Part shown: piece by piece, positions 7,880 through 18,093 of the stretch
Layout: each line of letters begins with the position of its first letter
Numbering within the stretch: the stretch's first letter is position 1
DNA from: a virus
Length of the DNA: 64,000 bases
IMG/VR virus record: IMGVR_UViG_3300044632_001278
Strand: one strand, 5' to 3'
Program-made: the position numbers and the translations under genes
Notes under the pieces: generated by a model
The model's database searches: none
Told to the model about the DNA's origin: nothing
The model's input: only the letters and a program-made list of their open reading frames with translations

Positions 7880-9262
7880 ATGGAAAACAAAAAAGCAATT
7901 GATTCATTAACAAAATATGGCCGTGACTTCCAAATCAAGTGTATTTCGTGCTTGATATCTGATCGTTCATTTATTGAACGAATTCACGATATTATTGAAG
8001 TAGACTTCTTTGAAAGTGATGCAAATAAGTGGGTAGTAAAAGAAAGTATTAAATATTTCAATGAGTATAAAGATCTTCCAACATTAACAGTATTCAAAAT
8101 TAAATTGGATGAGATCAATGATGAACTTCTAAAACGAAGCATAGTAGACAATCTCAAATTGGTATATCAAAAGGTTAGTGATAGTGATTTGAAATTTGTC
8201 AAAGAACAGTTTTTGGAATTCTGTAAGAATCAAAAGCTAAAGAACGCTATTATTGAAAGTGCTGATCTATTGGCACTTGGTCAATACGAAAAGATTAAAA
8301 ACGTAGTTGACCACGCAATGAAAGCTGGTATGGAACGTAATATCGGTCACGATTACTCTGAAGACGTTGAAAAACGTATGAGTGTAATGAGTCGCAATTG
8401 TGTCAAGACCAATTGGACTGAAATTGATACCATTATGGATGGTGGATTGGCGGCCGGCGAACTTGGTATTATTACAGCTTGTGCTGGTAGTGGTAAGAGT
8501 TGGGTACTATCCAAGTTGGGTGCCGAAGCAATGAAGCAGGGTAAGAATGTAGTTCATTTTACTCTAGAGTTGAATGAAAACTATGTGGGTCTTCGTTATG
8601 ATGCTTGTTTTACTGGAATTGATTTCCAAAACATTCGTAACAACGTTGATATCGTAAAACAGAAGATTGCTGATGTACCAGGCAAGTTGAAGATCAAATA
8701 CTTCCCAATCAAGACAGTTAGTGCTTATAGTTTAAAAGCACATTGTGAACGATTGGCTGTACTTGGTACAAAGGTAGATATGATTATCGTTGACTACGCT
8801 GATATTCTACGTCCTTCTCAGAGTGAACGTAATAGTAACAGTTATAGTGAAGCTGGTGGTATTTATGAAGAACTACGTGGTGTAGCTGGTGAACTACAAG
8901 TTCCTATTTGGAGTGCTTCACAGAGCAATCGTGCTGCTATGGATGAAGATATCATTCAGGCTAATAACATTGCTGATAGTTATCGTAAGATTATGACTGC
9001 TGACTTCGTTATGTCACTCAGTCGTAAAGTTAACGATAAACAGGCAAATACAGCACGATTCCACGTAATTAAGAATCGTTTCGGACCAGATGGTTTGACA
9101 TTCCCAAGTAAGATGAACGCTGGTTGTGGTCACATTGAAATTTATGGAGAAAATAGCCGTGAGGGTATGAGTATTCTAAATGAAATGATGGATGGAGAAA
9201 ATCAAGTTAAAAAAGCACTAAAGTCCAAGTGGAATGTACATAACAGCGATGACGAAGAATAA
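7880..9262 (+). CDS. dnaB: Replicative helicase, DnaB/T4 gp41 family
   Basis: Walker A ACAGSGKS, FTLEL, IIVDYAD, WSASQSNR, KNRFGPDG. Confidence 0.9.
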   Translation: MENKKAIDSLTKYGRDFQIKCISCLISDRSFIERIHDIIEVDFFESDANKWVVKESIKYFNEYKDLPTLTVFKIKLDEINDELLKRSIVDNLKLVYQKVSDSDLKFVKEQFLEFCKNQKLKNAIIESADLLALGQYEKIKNVVDHAMKAGMERNIGHDYSEDVEKRMSVMSRNCVKTNWTEIDTIMDGGLAAGELGIITACAGSGKSWVLSKLGAEAMKQGKNVVHFTLELNENYVGLRYDACFTGIDFQNIRNNVDIVKQKIADVPGKLKIKYFPIKTVSAYSLKAHCERLAVLGTKVDMIIVDYADILRPSQSERNSNSYSEAGGIYEELRGVAGELQVPIWSASQSNRAAMDEDIIQANNIADSYRKIMTADFVMSLSRKVNDKQANTARFHVIKNRFGPDGLTFPSKMNAGCGHIEIYGENSREGMSILNEMMDGENQVKKALKSKWNVHNSDDEE

Positions 9263-9363
9263 TTTATAGTATGTAACGCACAAAAAACGTATAAAAAAAT
9301 TATTAAAAAGTTATAATCTAAACACACAATAGACTATCCAAAAGATAGTTATTTTTTACCCAT

Positions 9364-11652
9364 ATGAATAAAGAAATTTTTATAAAGAAAAGAAATGGTA
9401 ACGTCGAGAAATTCAATGCAGATAAAATCAATAAGATTTTGCAATGGGCTACCGAAGACATAAAAAGTGTTAGTTTTGAAGAAGTTGCAATGAATGCGCA
9501 TCTATCGTTTTTCGATGGTATGACATCCAAAGACATTCATGCAATGTTGATTGAAGCTTCTGCAAATCTAATTTCTGAAGATAAGCCCAATTATCAATAT
9601 GTAGCTTCACGTTTATTGAATTACCAGTTACGTAAGAATGTTTGGGGTGGTAAGAATCCTCCTAAACTATATGATATCGTCAAAGCAAATATTGATGCTT
9701 TGGTATATGATGAAGAAATTTTAAATTGGTACACCAAACAAGAGTTTGATAAGCTAGATGAATTTTTACGTCATGACCGTGATTTTAATTTCACATATGC
9801 TGGTATTAAACAGTTGTGTGATAAGTATATGGTTCAAAATCGTGTAACCAAACAGATTTATGAAACCCCACAGTTTGCTTATATGCTTATCGCAATGACA
9901 TTCTTTAAAGGTTATAAAGAAAATCGTCTTGATTATATCAAGAAGGCTTACAACTACTTTAGTAAGCATAAGATTAATCTACCAACCCCTATTATGGCGG
10001 GTGTAAGAACTCCAATGAAGAGTTATGCTAGTTGTTCACTATTTACTGTAGACGATGATCTTCGTAGTATTTTCAGTAACAATAGTGCTGTGGGATTTGC
10101 TACAGCTAGTCGTTATGGTATTGGATTGAATCTATCCAGACTACGTGCTACTAACGCTCCTATTCGTAATGGTGAAGTTGTACATACAGGACCAATTCCA
10201 TTTGCTAAAGCATTTGAATCTACTGTAAAAAGTTGTCACCAAAATGGTATTCGTGGTGGTAGTGCAACTGTTAACTTTGCCTGGTTCCATTATGATATTC
10301 TAGATATTCTTGTATTGAAGAACAATCAAGGTACTGATGATAACCGAGTACGCAAGTTGGACTATTGTGTGGGATTGGATAAGTTAATCTTTGAACGTTT
10401 TTTGAAGAATCAAGACGTAACACTATTTAGTTATCACGAATGTCCTTCACTGTGGAATACTTTTGGTATGGAAGGATTCAAAGAGAAGTACGAAAAGGCT
10501 GAAGCCAACAAAAACATTAAGTTCAAGAAGAAAGTACCCGCTCGTGAATTGATGGGTCTATTGGCTAAAGAACGTCTTGAAACTGGACGTATTTATACAA
10601 TGTTCGTTGATCACGCAAATGAACACGGTAGTTGGTTGGATCAAGTAGATACAAGCAATCTATGTCTTGAAGTTAACCATCCACTAATTCCAATTTATGA
10701 TGTAAATGATCCAGATGGTGAAATTGGTGTTTGTGTCTTAGCAGCACTAAATTGGTTGGAAATCAAGGATGATAATGAAATGGAAAGTGTTTGTGATATC
10801 ATTGTCAGAATGTTGGATGCTTTGATTGATCATCAAGAATATTTTGTACCAGCAGCAAAGAATTTTGCTACTAAACGTCGTAGTCTTGGTGTAGGCGTAA
10901 GTAACTTGGCTGCTCTATTGGCTAAAGAAGAATTGAAGTACTGGGATGTTAACGCTCCTAACTTTGTTTCTAAGTGGATGGAAAAGACCAGTTACTATCT
11001 AATCAAGGCTAGTGTTGAAATGGCAAAAGAATTGGGTAAATGTGAAAAGTTTGATCGTACCAAGTTCAGTCAAGGTATTTTGCCAATCGATACTTATAAG
11101 CGAGATGTAGATGAATTTATTACAGAACCACTACATTGTGATTGGGAAACACTTCGTGAAGAAATCAAGAAGTACGGTATGAGACACAGTACACTTACAG
11201 CTTGTATGCCTGTTGAATCTAGTAGTGTAATTCAGAGCAGCACCAATGGCATTGAACCACCGCGTAGTGCTATTAGCTTCAAGGGAAGCAAGAGTAACAT
11301 TTTGCCTGTGGTAGTTCCTAATATTGATAAGTACAAAGACAATTATACTTTTGCTTTTGATATGCCAAGTAATGAAGGTTACCTAAAGGTAGCAGCTGCT
11401 ATCCAAAAGTTTACAGATATGAGTATCAGTACAAATACGTACTATATTCCATCACGTTACGAGAAGAATAAGGTGCCAGTTGAAGTTGTTATTAAAGACA
11501 TCTTGTTGGCATACAAGTATGGATTGAAGAATCTATATTATGCTAATACCGATGACGGCGACAAACAGACCGCTATGGAAACAAAATCTGTTGAGGCGAA
11601 AACAAAAGTACAAGAAGAATCTGGTTGTGCCAGTGGCGCTTGTGCTCTATAA
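9364..11652 (+). CDS. nrdA: Class Ia ribonucleotide reductase alpha subunit
   Basis: N-terminal ATP cone, PTPIMAG, ASCSL, SNLCLE, NGIEPP, LYY, C-terminal CASGAC. Confidence 0.95.
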   Translation: MNKEIFIKKRNGNVEKFNADKINKILQWATEDIKSVSFEEVAMNAHLSFFDGMTSKDIHAMLIEASANLISEDKPNYQYVASRLLNYQLRKNVWGGKNPPKLYDIVKANIDALVYDEEILNWYTKQEFDKLDEFLRHDRDFNFTYAGIKQLCDKYMVQNRVTKQIYETPQFAYMLIAMTFFKGYKENRLDYIKKAYNYFSKHKINLPTPIMAGVRTPMKSYASCSLFTVDDDLRSIFSNNSAVGFATASRYGIGLNLSRLRATNAPIRNGEVVHTGPIPFAKAFESTVKSCHQNGIRGGSATVNFAWFHYDILDILVLKNNQGTDDNRVRKLDYCVGLDKLIFERFLKNQDVTLFSYHECPSLWNTFGMEGFKEKYEKAEANKNIKFKKKVPARELMGLLAKERLETGRIYTMFVDHANEHGSWLDQVDTSNLCLEVNHPLIPIYDVNDPDGEIGVCVLAALNWLEIKDDNEMESVCDIIVRMLDALIDHQEYFVPAAKNFATKRRSLGVGVSNLAALLAKEELKYWDVNAPNFVSKWMEKTSYYLIKASVEMAKELGKCEKFDRTKFSQGILPIDTYKRDVDEFITEPLHCDWETLREEIKKYGMRHSTLTACMPVESSSVIQSSTNGIEPPRSAISFKGSKSNILPVVVPNIDKYKDNYTFAFDMPSNEGYLKVAAAIQKFTDMSISTNTYYIPSRYEKNKVPVEVVIKDILLAYKYGLKNLYYANTDDGDKQTAMETKSVEAKTKVQEESGCASGACAL

Positions 11653-11663
11653 TAGGAGGATAT

Positions 11664-12722
11664 ATGAAGACAGTATTAAATAAGAAAAACATAGATCAGT
11701 TACGTAATCCAATGTTCTTGGGAGAAGATTTATCGCTACAACGATATGATCAGATCAAGTATCCTAAGTTTTACGAGTTGTATGATCAACAACTAAACTT
11801 CTTTTGGAGACCCCAAGAAGTATCATTGGTGAAGGACATTAGTGACTACAAGAATCTTTCACCAGAAGAACGATTTGTTTTTGATAGCAATCTCAAGTTT
11901 CAAACTATGACTGATAGTATGTTGAGTCGTAGTATTCACGAATTAATGAAGCACGTTACAAATAGTGAATTGGAAATTTGTATGAATTCGTGGAGTTTCT
12001 TTGAAACTATTCACAGTAACAGTTATACATACATTCTAAACAATGTTTACCCAGATGCTACCAAGTTCTTTGATAGTGTCTTAGAAGACGAAGAAATCGT
12101 GAAACGTGCTAAGGCTATTAGTAAGAAGTATGACGAACTATTGGCACCATCAAATGATGTTAAACAACAATTGTTTGATGCGGTACTAGCAACTCAAATT
12201 ACTGAAGGGTTGATCTTCTATGTATCATTTGCTTGTAGTTTCTACTTTGGATATCGTGGAAAGATGGAGGGTAATAGTAAGATTATTAAGTTTATCAGTA
12301 GAGATGAAAATCTACACGTAGCTATTACTCAGAACATTATGAAGAACTGGATTAATAACCCAGAAGAAGGCTTCCAAGATATTGTTAAGAAGAACGAAGA
12401 CAAGATCTATGCTGCTTATGAAATGGCAGTTAATGCAGAAAAAGACTGGGCTGATTATCTATTCAGTAAAGGTAATCTAGTAGGTTTGACCAGCGAAAGT
12501 CTCAAACACTATGTTGAATGGTTGGCCAACAATCGTTTATCTAGTATGGGATACAAGAAACTATATCCTACAGCCAAGACAAATCCATTGGCTGGATGGT
12601 TGGATAGTTACTACGATAGCAAGAAGTTACAGGTAGCCCCCCAAGAAACTGAATTGAGCAGTTACGTTAAAGGTGTTGATAATACCATTAGCGAGGGTGC
12701 TTTTGATGACTTCAAACTATAA
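11664..12722 (+). CDS. nrdB: Ribonucleotide reductase beta subunit
   Basis: FFWRPQEV, ETIHSNSY, EGLIFYVSF, RDENLH, VAPQETE; SD AGGAGG before ATG 11664. Confidence 0.95.
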   Translation: MKTVLNKKNIDQLRNPMFLGEDLSLQRYDQIKYPKFYELYDQQLNFFWRPQEVSLVKDISDYKNLSPEERFVFDSNLKFQTMTDSMLSRSIHELMKHVTNSELEICMNSWSFFETIHSNSYTYILNNVYPDATKFFDSVLEDEEIVKRAKAISKKYDELLAPSNDVKQQLFDAVLATQITEGLIFYVSFACSFYFGYRGKMEGNSKIIKFISRDENLHVAITQNIMKNWINNPEEGFQDIVKKNEDKIYAAYEMAVNAEKDWADYLFSKGNLVGLTSESLKHYVEWLANNRLSSMGYKKLYPTAKTNPLAGWLDSYYDSKKLQVAPQETELSSYVKGVDNTISEGAFDDFKL

Positions 12723-12749
12723 TTACAATTGTAAATAATTAAAAAATGT

Positions 12750-12780
12750 AACGGGTACTTTAAATAGTATCCGTTTTTTA
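12750..12780 (+). terminator. Intrinsic terminator after nrdB
   Basis: AACGGGTACT/AGTATCCGTT stem followed by a T run. Confidence 0.65.
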
Positions 12781-12803
12781 TTATATTTATATTCATCTTT
12801 ATT

Positions 12804-13358
12804 ATGGAAATCATTTTCGCATATCTTGAAAAAATATTGGTAATTAGTGCAGCTGGTGGGGTGCTTTTTGGAGCATTCAAGTGGGTATTTACCTTAAATC
12901 GGAACGTAAAAGAAATATTAAAAGAAGTAAAGCCTAACTCTGGTACTTCTTTAAAAGATCAAGTTGCTAAGATAGAAAAACAAGTATGTCACGATAGTAA
13001 TTTAATTAATACTATATGTACCCGTCAAAAGTGGATACTTGATACCAGACCTGAACCCATATTTGAATGTGATACAAACGGCAACTGTACGTGGGTAAAT
13101 GAAAAGTATTGTCAGTTATTGAAACACGATGTGGAATATTTCTTGGGCAATGGATGGAAAAATGGTGTACATAGTGAAGATTTGGAAATGGTAGAAAAAG
13201 AGTGGGAAAGAACTATTAAAGATAAAAGAAGCAGTGTTAGTACGCACAGAGTGGTTGATAGAGAGGGTACAATATATGAAGTTAAAGTAATAGCTACTAG
13301 AAATGATAATTATGGGTATATAGGACATATAGAAGTATTGGACAATAAAAAAGATTAA
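12804..13358 (+). CDS. Membrane-anchored PAS-domain protein
   Basis: N-terminal hydrophobic helix; C-terminal PAS signature IFECDTNGNCTWVNEKYCQLL...GNGWKNGVHSED; TATTTATA at 12784. Confidence 0.75.
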   Translation: MEIIFAYLEKILVISAAGGVLFGAFKWVFTLNRNVKEILKEVKPNSGTSLKDQVAKIEKQVCHDSNLINTICTRQKWILDTRPEPIFECDTNGNCTWVNEKYCQLLKHDVEYFLGNGWKNGVHSEDLEMVEKEWERTIKDKRSSVSTHRVVDREGTIYEVKVIATRNDNYGYIGHIEVLDNKKD

Positions 13359-13395
13359 TAATCCGCTACCTACTACTATTTATATGTATATTAAT

Positions 13396-14031
13396 ATGAA
13401 GCCTTCTAAACAACTAGTAAACAGACTTGTAAAAGAAACCTTGGAACAAAAGTATACTTGCGCAAAAGAATCGTGGGAGTCAATGATTGAAGATTTATCC
13501 AAGGATATCAAGAAACCTATTACATTGGATGACGCGGGAAATTACAATGTATGTGAATGTGAACCATATCATATTAGCTTGAGACCAATTGTACACGATA
13601 TATTTGATGTATTAGCATACAGAGATACTAGTGATCGTACTAAAAAGCTATTTATGAAGTACGAAGATGTGAAGAAATTCGTTAAAGAATATCTAAAATC
13701 AGATACCAAAAACTACGTTGATAGCGCATTGGCAAAGGGTGTAGAAAATAGCAAAGATAAACAAGGTGGCAAAAAGGCTGATGCACAATCTGAAAAAGAA
13801 GAAAATGTAGTAGATCCTATAAAAGGATTTAAAATTGTCAAAGATATCAAGGTTGAAAAGATGAACGATCCAAAAGACGATCCTACTCAACCAATGCAAG
13901 CTGTTGGTAAATTTGCTAAACAAGGTGATCATAAACCAAAGAAAGCAGAATATGTACCACCCACATTGCCAAAAAATCTTCAAAAGTTGGTTGTAAAGTA
14001 TACTAAGGCTGGTAAAGCTAAGAAGAAATAA
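13396..14031 (+). CDS. Hypothetical (putative late) protein
   Basis: ORF of about 211 aa; TATTTATA at 13377. Confidence 0.65.
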   Translation: MKPSKQLVNRLVKETLEQKYTCAKESWESMIEDLSKDIKKPITLDDAGNYNVCECEPYHISLRPIVHDIFDVLAYRDTSDRTKKLFMKYEDVKKFVKEYLKSDTKNYVDSALAKGVENSKDKQGGKKADAQSEKEENVVDPIKGFKIVKDIKVEKMNDPKDDPTQPMQAVGKFAKQGDHKPKKAEYVPPTLPKNLQKLVVKYTKAGKAKKK

Positions 14032-14060
14032 TTGACACTTTTTGATTTTTGATGTACTAT
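14032..14060 (+). promoter_or_regulatory. Sigma70-type promoter
   Basis: TTGACA-N17-TACTAT. Confidence 0.65.
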
Positions 14061-14087
14061 AAAAGTATATCTAAAAAAAGGATACAT

Positions 14088-14408
14088 ATGAATAAATTAA
14101 TTACTATCACAGTATTGAGTGCAACTTTAGCCTCTCAAACATTTGCTGGTGATAGAGAATGGGCAACAGTTGGTAAAGTATTGACAGGTGTAGTTGCGAT
14201 TGAAGCTATTGGTAGAATTGTTAATCCCCCAACACAAGTTGTATATGTTCAACCACAACCAGTGGTTTATGCGCAACCAGTAGTAGTACATCCTCAACCA
14301 GTTGTTTATTATCAACCTGCTCCTGTTGTATATTATCAACCACAACCTGTGGTAGTATATGGTGGATGGGGTCGTCCAGTATATCATTATCATCATCACC
14401 ATCATTGA
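14088..14408 (+). CDS. Small secreted/membrane protein with QPVVY repeats and His-rich tail
   Basis: Signal-like MNKLITITVLSATLASQTFA; repeated QP(A)PVVY; ends HYHHHHH; SD AAGGA. Confidence 0.7.
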   Translation: MNKLITITVLSATLASQTFAGDREWATVGKVLTGVVAIEAIGRIVNPPTQVVYVQPQPVVYAQPVVVHPQPVVYYQPAPVVYYQPQPVVVYGGWGRPVYHYHHHHH

Positions 14409-14433
14409 TAATATTATTTTGATAAAACTCTAG

Positions 14434-14460
14434 AAACCACCGTAACAGGTGGTTTTTTTA
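14434..14460 (+). terminator. Intrinsic terminator
   Basis: AAACCACC-GTAACA-GGTGGTTT followed by a T run. Confidence 0.75.
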
Positions 14461-14469
14461 TTTTTGGTG

Positions 14470-14497
14470 TTGACTTCTTATAAATCCGTGGTAAGAT
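14470..14497 (+). promoter_or_regulatory. Early promoter, extended -10
   Basis: TTGACT-N16-TAAGAT with TGG before the -10; same pattern at 20514 and 21474. Confidence 0.6.
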
Positions 14498-14519
14498 GAT
14501 TTTACGGTAAGAAACACAT

Positions 14520-15491
14520 ATGAAAAATAAAAATTCACTAAATCTGGTTACTGGCAAGGACTTCAATATCAAGACATATTTAGATACTTGCGTTAATCTA
14601 CGTCCCAGTTCATTGATTATGGATGATCTGAAGTGGAAGTATATGGTACGTAGTGCTATTCGTGGCAAGAACATTCTGCTTCTTGGTCCAACTGGTTGTG
14701 GTAAGACTCTAGCTGCTCAGACTGTAGCTAAGGCAATTGGTCGTGAAGATAACTTCTTCTATTTTAATCTGGGTGCTACTCAAGATGCTCGTAGTGCTTT
14801 GATTGGTAATACTCATTTTGACAAAAAGACGGGTACTCTATTCAAGGAGTCATCTTTTATTAAAGCTATTCGTACTCCTAATGCCATCATTCTTCTTGAC
14901 GAAATTAGTCGTAGTCATCACGATGGTGTTAATATTCTAATGACTGTTCTAGATGATCTACAGCGTTATCTTCGTTTGGATGAAAAGGAAGACAGTGAAG
15001 TTGTAAAGGTAGCTGATGGTGTTACATTTATTGCTACCGCCAACGTTGGTAACGAGTACACCGCTACCCGTGTAATGGATCGTGCTCTATTGTCACGTTT
15101 TCCAGTTAAGATTGAGGTTACTCCACTTGATAAGGACAGTGAGTATAATCTTCTTAAGAATCGGTTCAATTTGAATACCGAAGATCATCTTGGTATCTTG
15201 AAGGCTGTTTGTGAAATTGCTGAACATACTCGTAAGCAAGTAAAGCAGGACGACAGCAAGCTAACTAATTTTATTCCAACACGTAGTACAGTTGAAATTG
15301 CTGAACTAATTGTTGACGGATTTAATTTACTTGAAATCGCAGAAACTACCATCTATCCTAACTTCAGTGACGATGGCGGTGTTGACAGTGAACGTACCTA
15401 CATTCGTCAGTTGGTACAAAAGTATGTAAAGGTTGAATCAAAGGATAAGCTATTTAATGATCCTCTAAAGAGTGATCAGCCTCCTTTCTAA
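14520..15491 (+). CDS. MoxR/CbbQ-like AAA+ ATPase
   Basis: GPTGCGKT, ILLDEISR, FIATAN, MDRALLSRF, STVE. Confidence 0.88.
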   Translation: MKNKNSLNLVTGKDFNIKTYLDTCVNLRPSSLIMDDLKWKYMVRSAIRGKNILLLGPTGCGKTLAAQTVAKAIGREDNFFYFNLGATQDARSALIGNTHFDKKTGTLFKESSFIKAIRTPNAIILLDEISRSHHDGVNILMTVLDDLQRYLRLDEKEDSEVVKVADGVTFIATANVGNEYTATRVMDRALLSRFPVKIEVTPLDKDSEYNLLKNRFNLNTEDHLGILKAVCEIAEHTRKQVKQDDSKLTNFIPTRSTVEIAELIVDGFNLLEIAETTIYPNFSDDGGVDSERTYIRQLVQKYVKVESKDKLFNDPLKSDQPPF

Positions 15492-15516
15492 GTTAAATTA
15501 TTAAAAACAAATTATT

Positions 15517-17589
15517 ATGAGTAACTACAGTGACTTCTGGTTGAAGGATAACAATTACGAGTGGGATTGGGAAGATGAACTTGATGCGGCTATTGAAGAA
15601 GAAAATGGTTTGGATGCAGATATTGCTGCTGAAGACCGTCTTTCTGAGAATACGGCCCGACTGATTCGTTTGTCATCAGCTCGTCGTGCTGTCGCTAACT
15701 ATGTTAGTATTCTGACCAATCAGAATGTACCTGTATTGTTTAATGATAATTCGGTAAATTGCACTGATGGTAAGGTTGTTTATATCAGTAGCGATATTAC
15801 TAAGAAAGATAATTTTGATGTGGCTGTCGGACTAGCCTTACACGAAGGCAGCCACATCAAATATTCTGATTTTGAATTGTTTAAGACTGTATGGATGAAT
15901 GTGCCACGGGAGATCTATGGCTACAGTGAAAAGTTAAACATTTCAAAAGATGAAGTGGGTAAGATTTGTCAGACCATTCTAAATTATGTAGAAGATCGTT
16001 ATATTGATTATACGGTACATTCTAATGCTCCTGGCTATCGTGGATATTACGATGCTTTGTACGATGAGTACTTTAATAACAAAGTAATTTCAGATGCTTT
16101 GACCAGCGATTTATATCGTACACTAAGCATTGAGTCATATATATTTCGTATTATCAATCTTACAAATCCAAATACTTCTTTGAAGGCATTGCCTGGATTG
16201 TACGATATTGCTAGGGAACTTGATCTATCAAATATCAAGCGTTTGACCACTCCAAAAGATCGGTTGACTGTTGCTTATAATATTGCTGAAATTGTGTTCA
16301 AGAATATCAATGAACATAAAAATGAAGATAAATCGTCTGAAAAAGGTGAGGGATTGTCAGCTGATTCTGATAGCGGTGCGCCATCGAACAGTTCAGATTC
16401 ATCTAAATCAAACGTTGATGTTGCAGATATTCTTGGAGGCACCGAATCAACTGTAACACCTGATAATAAAGATGTTACTGCTGATATTGGTAAAGATGAC
16501 AATCTCAGCAAGTCTAAGAAGACAAAGATTGCTAAGTCTTTTGAAAAGCAGAAGGATTTTCTTGCCGGTAAACTTAAGAAGAAGAAAGTGACCAAGCGTG
16601 AAAAAGATTTGCTTGATATTCTTGAAAAGAGTCAGATTGATCTTGTGCCTGTAGCTCAAGAAGAGCTTAAGTCAAAAGGTATTATTGGAAATGTTGAGTG
16701 TATCTTTGTTAAGAATATGACCAAAGAGTTGCTTTTGTCTGAGGAATTTCCAATGACAATTGGTAAAAACAATCAGGTTGCTTATTCTGATTATCAGAAG
16801 AATGTTGATGCTGGAATTGTATTGGGTACTAAACTAGGTCGCCGTCTACAAATTCGTAATGAAATTAATGTTGATAAGTTTACCCGTCGTAATTTGGGTA
16901 AGATTGATAAACGTTTGATGCACGAACTTGGATTTGATACTGATACCAATATCTTTTATAATACTTTTACTACGAAGTATAAGAAGGTTAACTTCCATAT
17001 TAGTGTGGATGCTAGCGCAAGTATGCGGGGTAAAAAGTGGAATCGTACAATTAAATTGTGTGTTGCTCTAGCAAAAGCTACATCTATGATTGATAACGTT
17101 GAACTTACCATTAGTTTTAGAACATCAAGTGGTCACAATCCATATATTGCAATTGCTTATGACTCACGTGTGGATAAGTTCTCTAAGATTAAGAATCTAT
17201 TTGCTTATCTAGCACCAGTACATACAACTCCTGAAGGATTGTGTTTTGAGGCACTAATGCGTTATTTGCCTAAAGCTAGTACCAACACAAATAGTTATTT
17301 TGTTAATATTAGTGACGGTGAACCAGCGTTTATTTATAGTGCTCCAGGAGGTTTTTATTTTCATTATTCCGGTGCGGAAGGTTGTAATCATACACGTAAA
17401 CAAGTAAATAAAATTCGTGAAAGTGGTTATAATGTTATTTCATACTTCGTATCTGAATATGATTGTGATACGTATCGTAATAATTTTAAAATTATGTATG
17501 GCAAAGACGCTAATTTCATTAATGTAGAAAATCTAAATCAGATTGTTAATACCATTAATTCAAAGATGATGGATGCTATTGACATATAA
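15517..17589 (+). CDS. vWA-domain partner protein with N-terminal HExxH motif
   Basis: TDGKVVYI, LHEGSH, NYVEDRYI; MIDAS-type DASASM, TPEG, ISDGEP; follows the MoxR ATPase. Confidence 0.8.
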   Translation: MSNYSDFWLKDNNYEWDWEDELDAAIEEENGLDADIAAEDRLSENTARLIRLSSARRAVANYVSILTNQNVPVLFNDNSVNCTDGKVVYISSDITKKDNFDVAVGLALHEGSHIKYSDFELFKTVWMNVPREIYGYSEKLNISKDEVGKICQTILNYVEDRYIDYTVHSNAPGYRGYYDALYDEYFNNKVISDALTSDLYRTLSIESYIFRIINLTNPNTSLKALPGLYDIARELDLSNIKRLTTPKDRLTVAYNIAEIVFKNINEHKNEDKSSEKGEGLSADSDSGAPSNSSDSSKSNVDVADILGGTESTVTPDNKDVTADIGKDDNLSKSKKTKIAKSFEKQKDFLAGKLKKKKVTKREKDLLDILEKSQIDLVPVAQEELKSKGIIGNVECIFVKNMTKELLLSEEFPMTIGKNNQVAYSDYQKNVDAGIVLGTKLGRRLQIRNEINVDKFTRRNLGKIDKRLMHELGFDTDTNIFYNTFTTKYKKVNFHISVDASASMRGKKWNRTIKLCVALAKATSMIDNVELTISFRTSSGHNPYIAIAYDSRVDKFSKIKNLFAYLAPVHTTPEGLCFEALMRYLPKASTNTNSYFVNISDGEPAFIYSAPGGFYFHYSGAEGCNHTRKQVNKIRESGYNVISYFVSEYDCDTYRNNFKIMYGKDANFINVENLNQIVNTINSKMMDAIDI

Positions 17590-17606
17590 TATAAACGTGT
17601 TATAAT
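17579..17606 (+). promoter_or_regulatory. Sigma70-type promoter
   Basis: TTGACA-N16-TATAAT with TGT extension. Confidence 0.6.
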
Positions 17607-17653
17607 ATAAGAACGTAGGAATTTATCACATAACAAACAAGAAAGGATAAAAT

Positions 17654-18019
17654 ATGAAAAAGACAGATCGAAAGAATAAGACAAACCAATCGGTAACCTA
17701 TCCAAGTTGTATTTTTACAATCAAGGAATTAAACGCAATGAATGCAGATATCGTCGCAATTAGTTTGCGTGATAAGGTAAAGAAGGCGATTAAGAGAGGT
17801 GAAGTAAGTGTAATTGGTGTATTACCAAACGGAAAGGGTCGTCCAACGTTGGTTCACGTATTTGGATCTATTACCCCATCTATTATTGAAGATGCTAAAT
17901 CTAAGGGTGTACATTTGAATCGTGAACTGCTTGTAGAGATGGTGAATATTAATTCTACCAAGGAATCAGTTGTTGTAGTTGAAGTTGATACAACAAAGAC
18001 AAATTCAGTAAACGTATAA
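17654..18019 (+). CDS. Hypothetical protein, possible winged-helix DNA-binding protein
   Basis: 121 aa; FTIKEL...GKGRPTLV resembles a wHTH wing; SD AAGGA. Confidence 0.5.
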   Translation: MKKTDRKNKTNQSVTYPSCIFTIKELNAMNADIVAISLRDKVKKAIKRGEVSVIGVLPNGKGRPTLVHVFGSITPSIIEDAKSKGVHLNRELLVEMVNINSTKESVVVVEVDTTKTNSVNV

Positions 18020-18043
18020 TAAAACTATATAATTAGTGATAAT

Positions 18044-18083
18044 ATGCCGTATATCAGTGATTAGATATACGGCATTTCTATTT
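18044..18083 (+). terminator. Intrinsic terminator-like hairpin
   Basis: Perfect 12-bp stem ATGCCGTATATC/GATATACGGCAT followed by TTCTATTT. Confidence 0.7.
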
Positions 18084-18093
18084 ATAGGTTGAT

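Noticed and set aside
9263-9363. NrdR box or riboswitch upstream of nrdA
   Set aside because: Only a weak ACTATC/GATAGT hairpin is present, with no convincing match to the NrdR palindrome.
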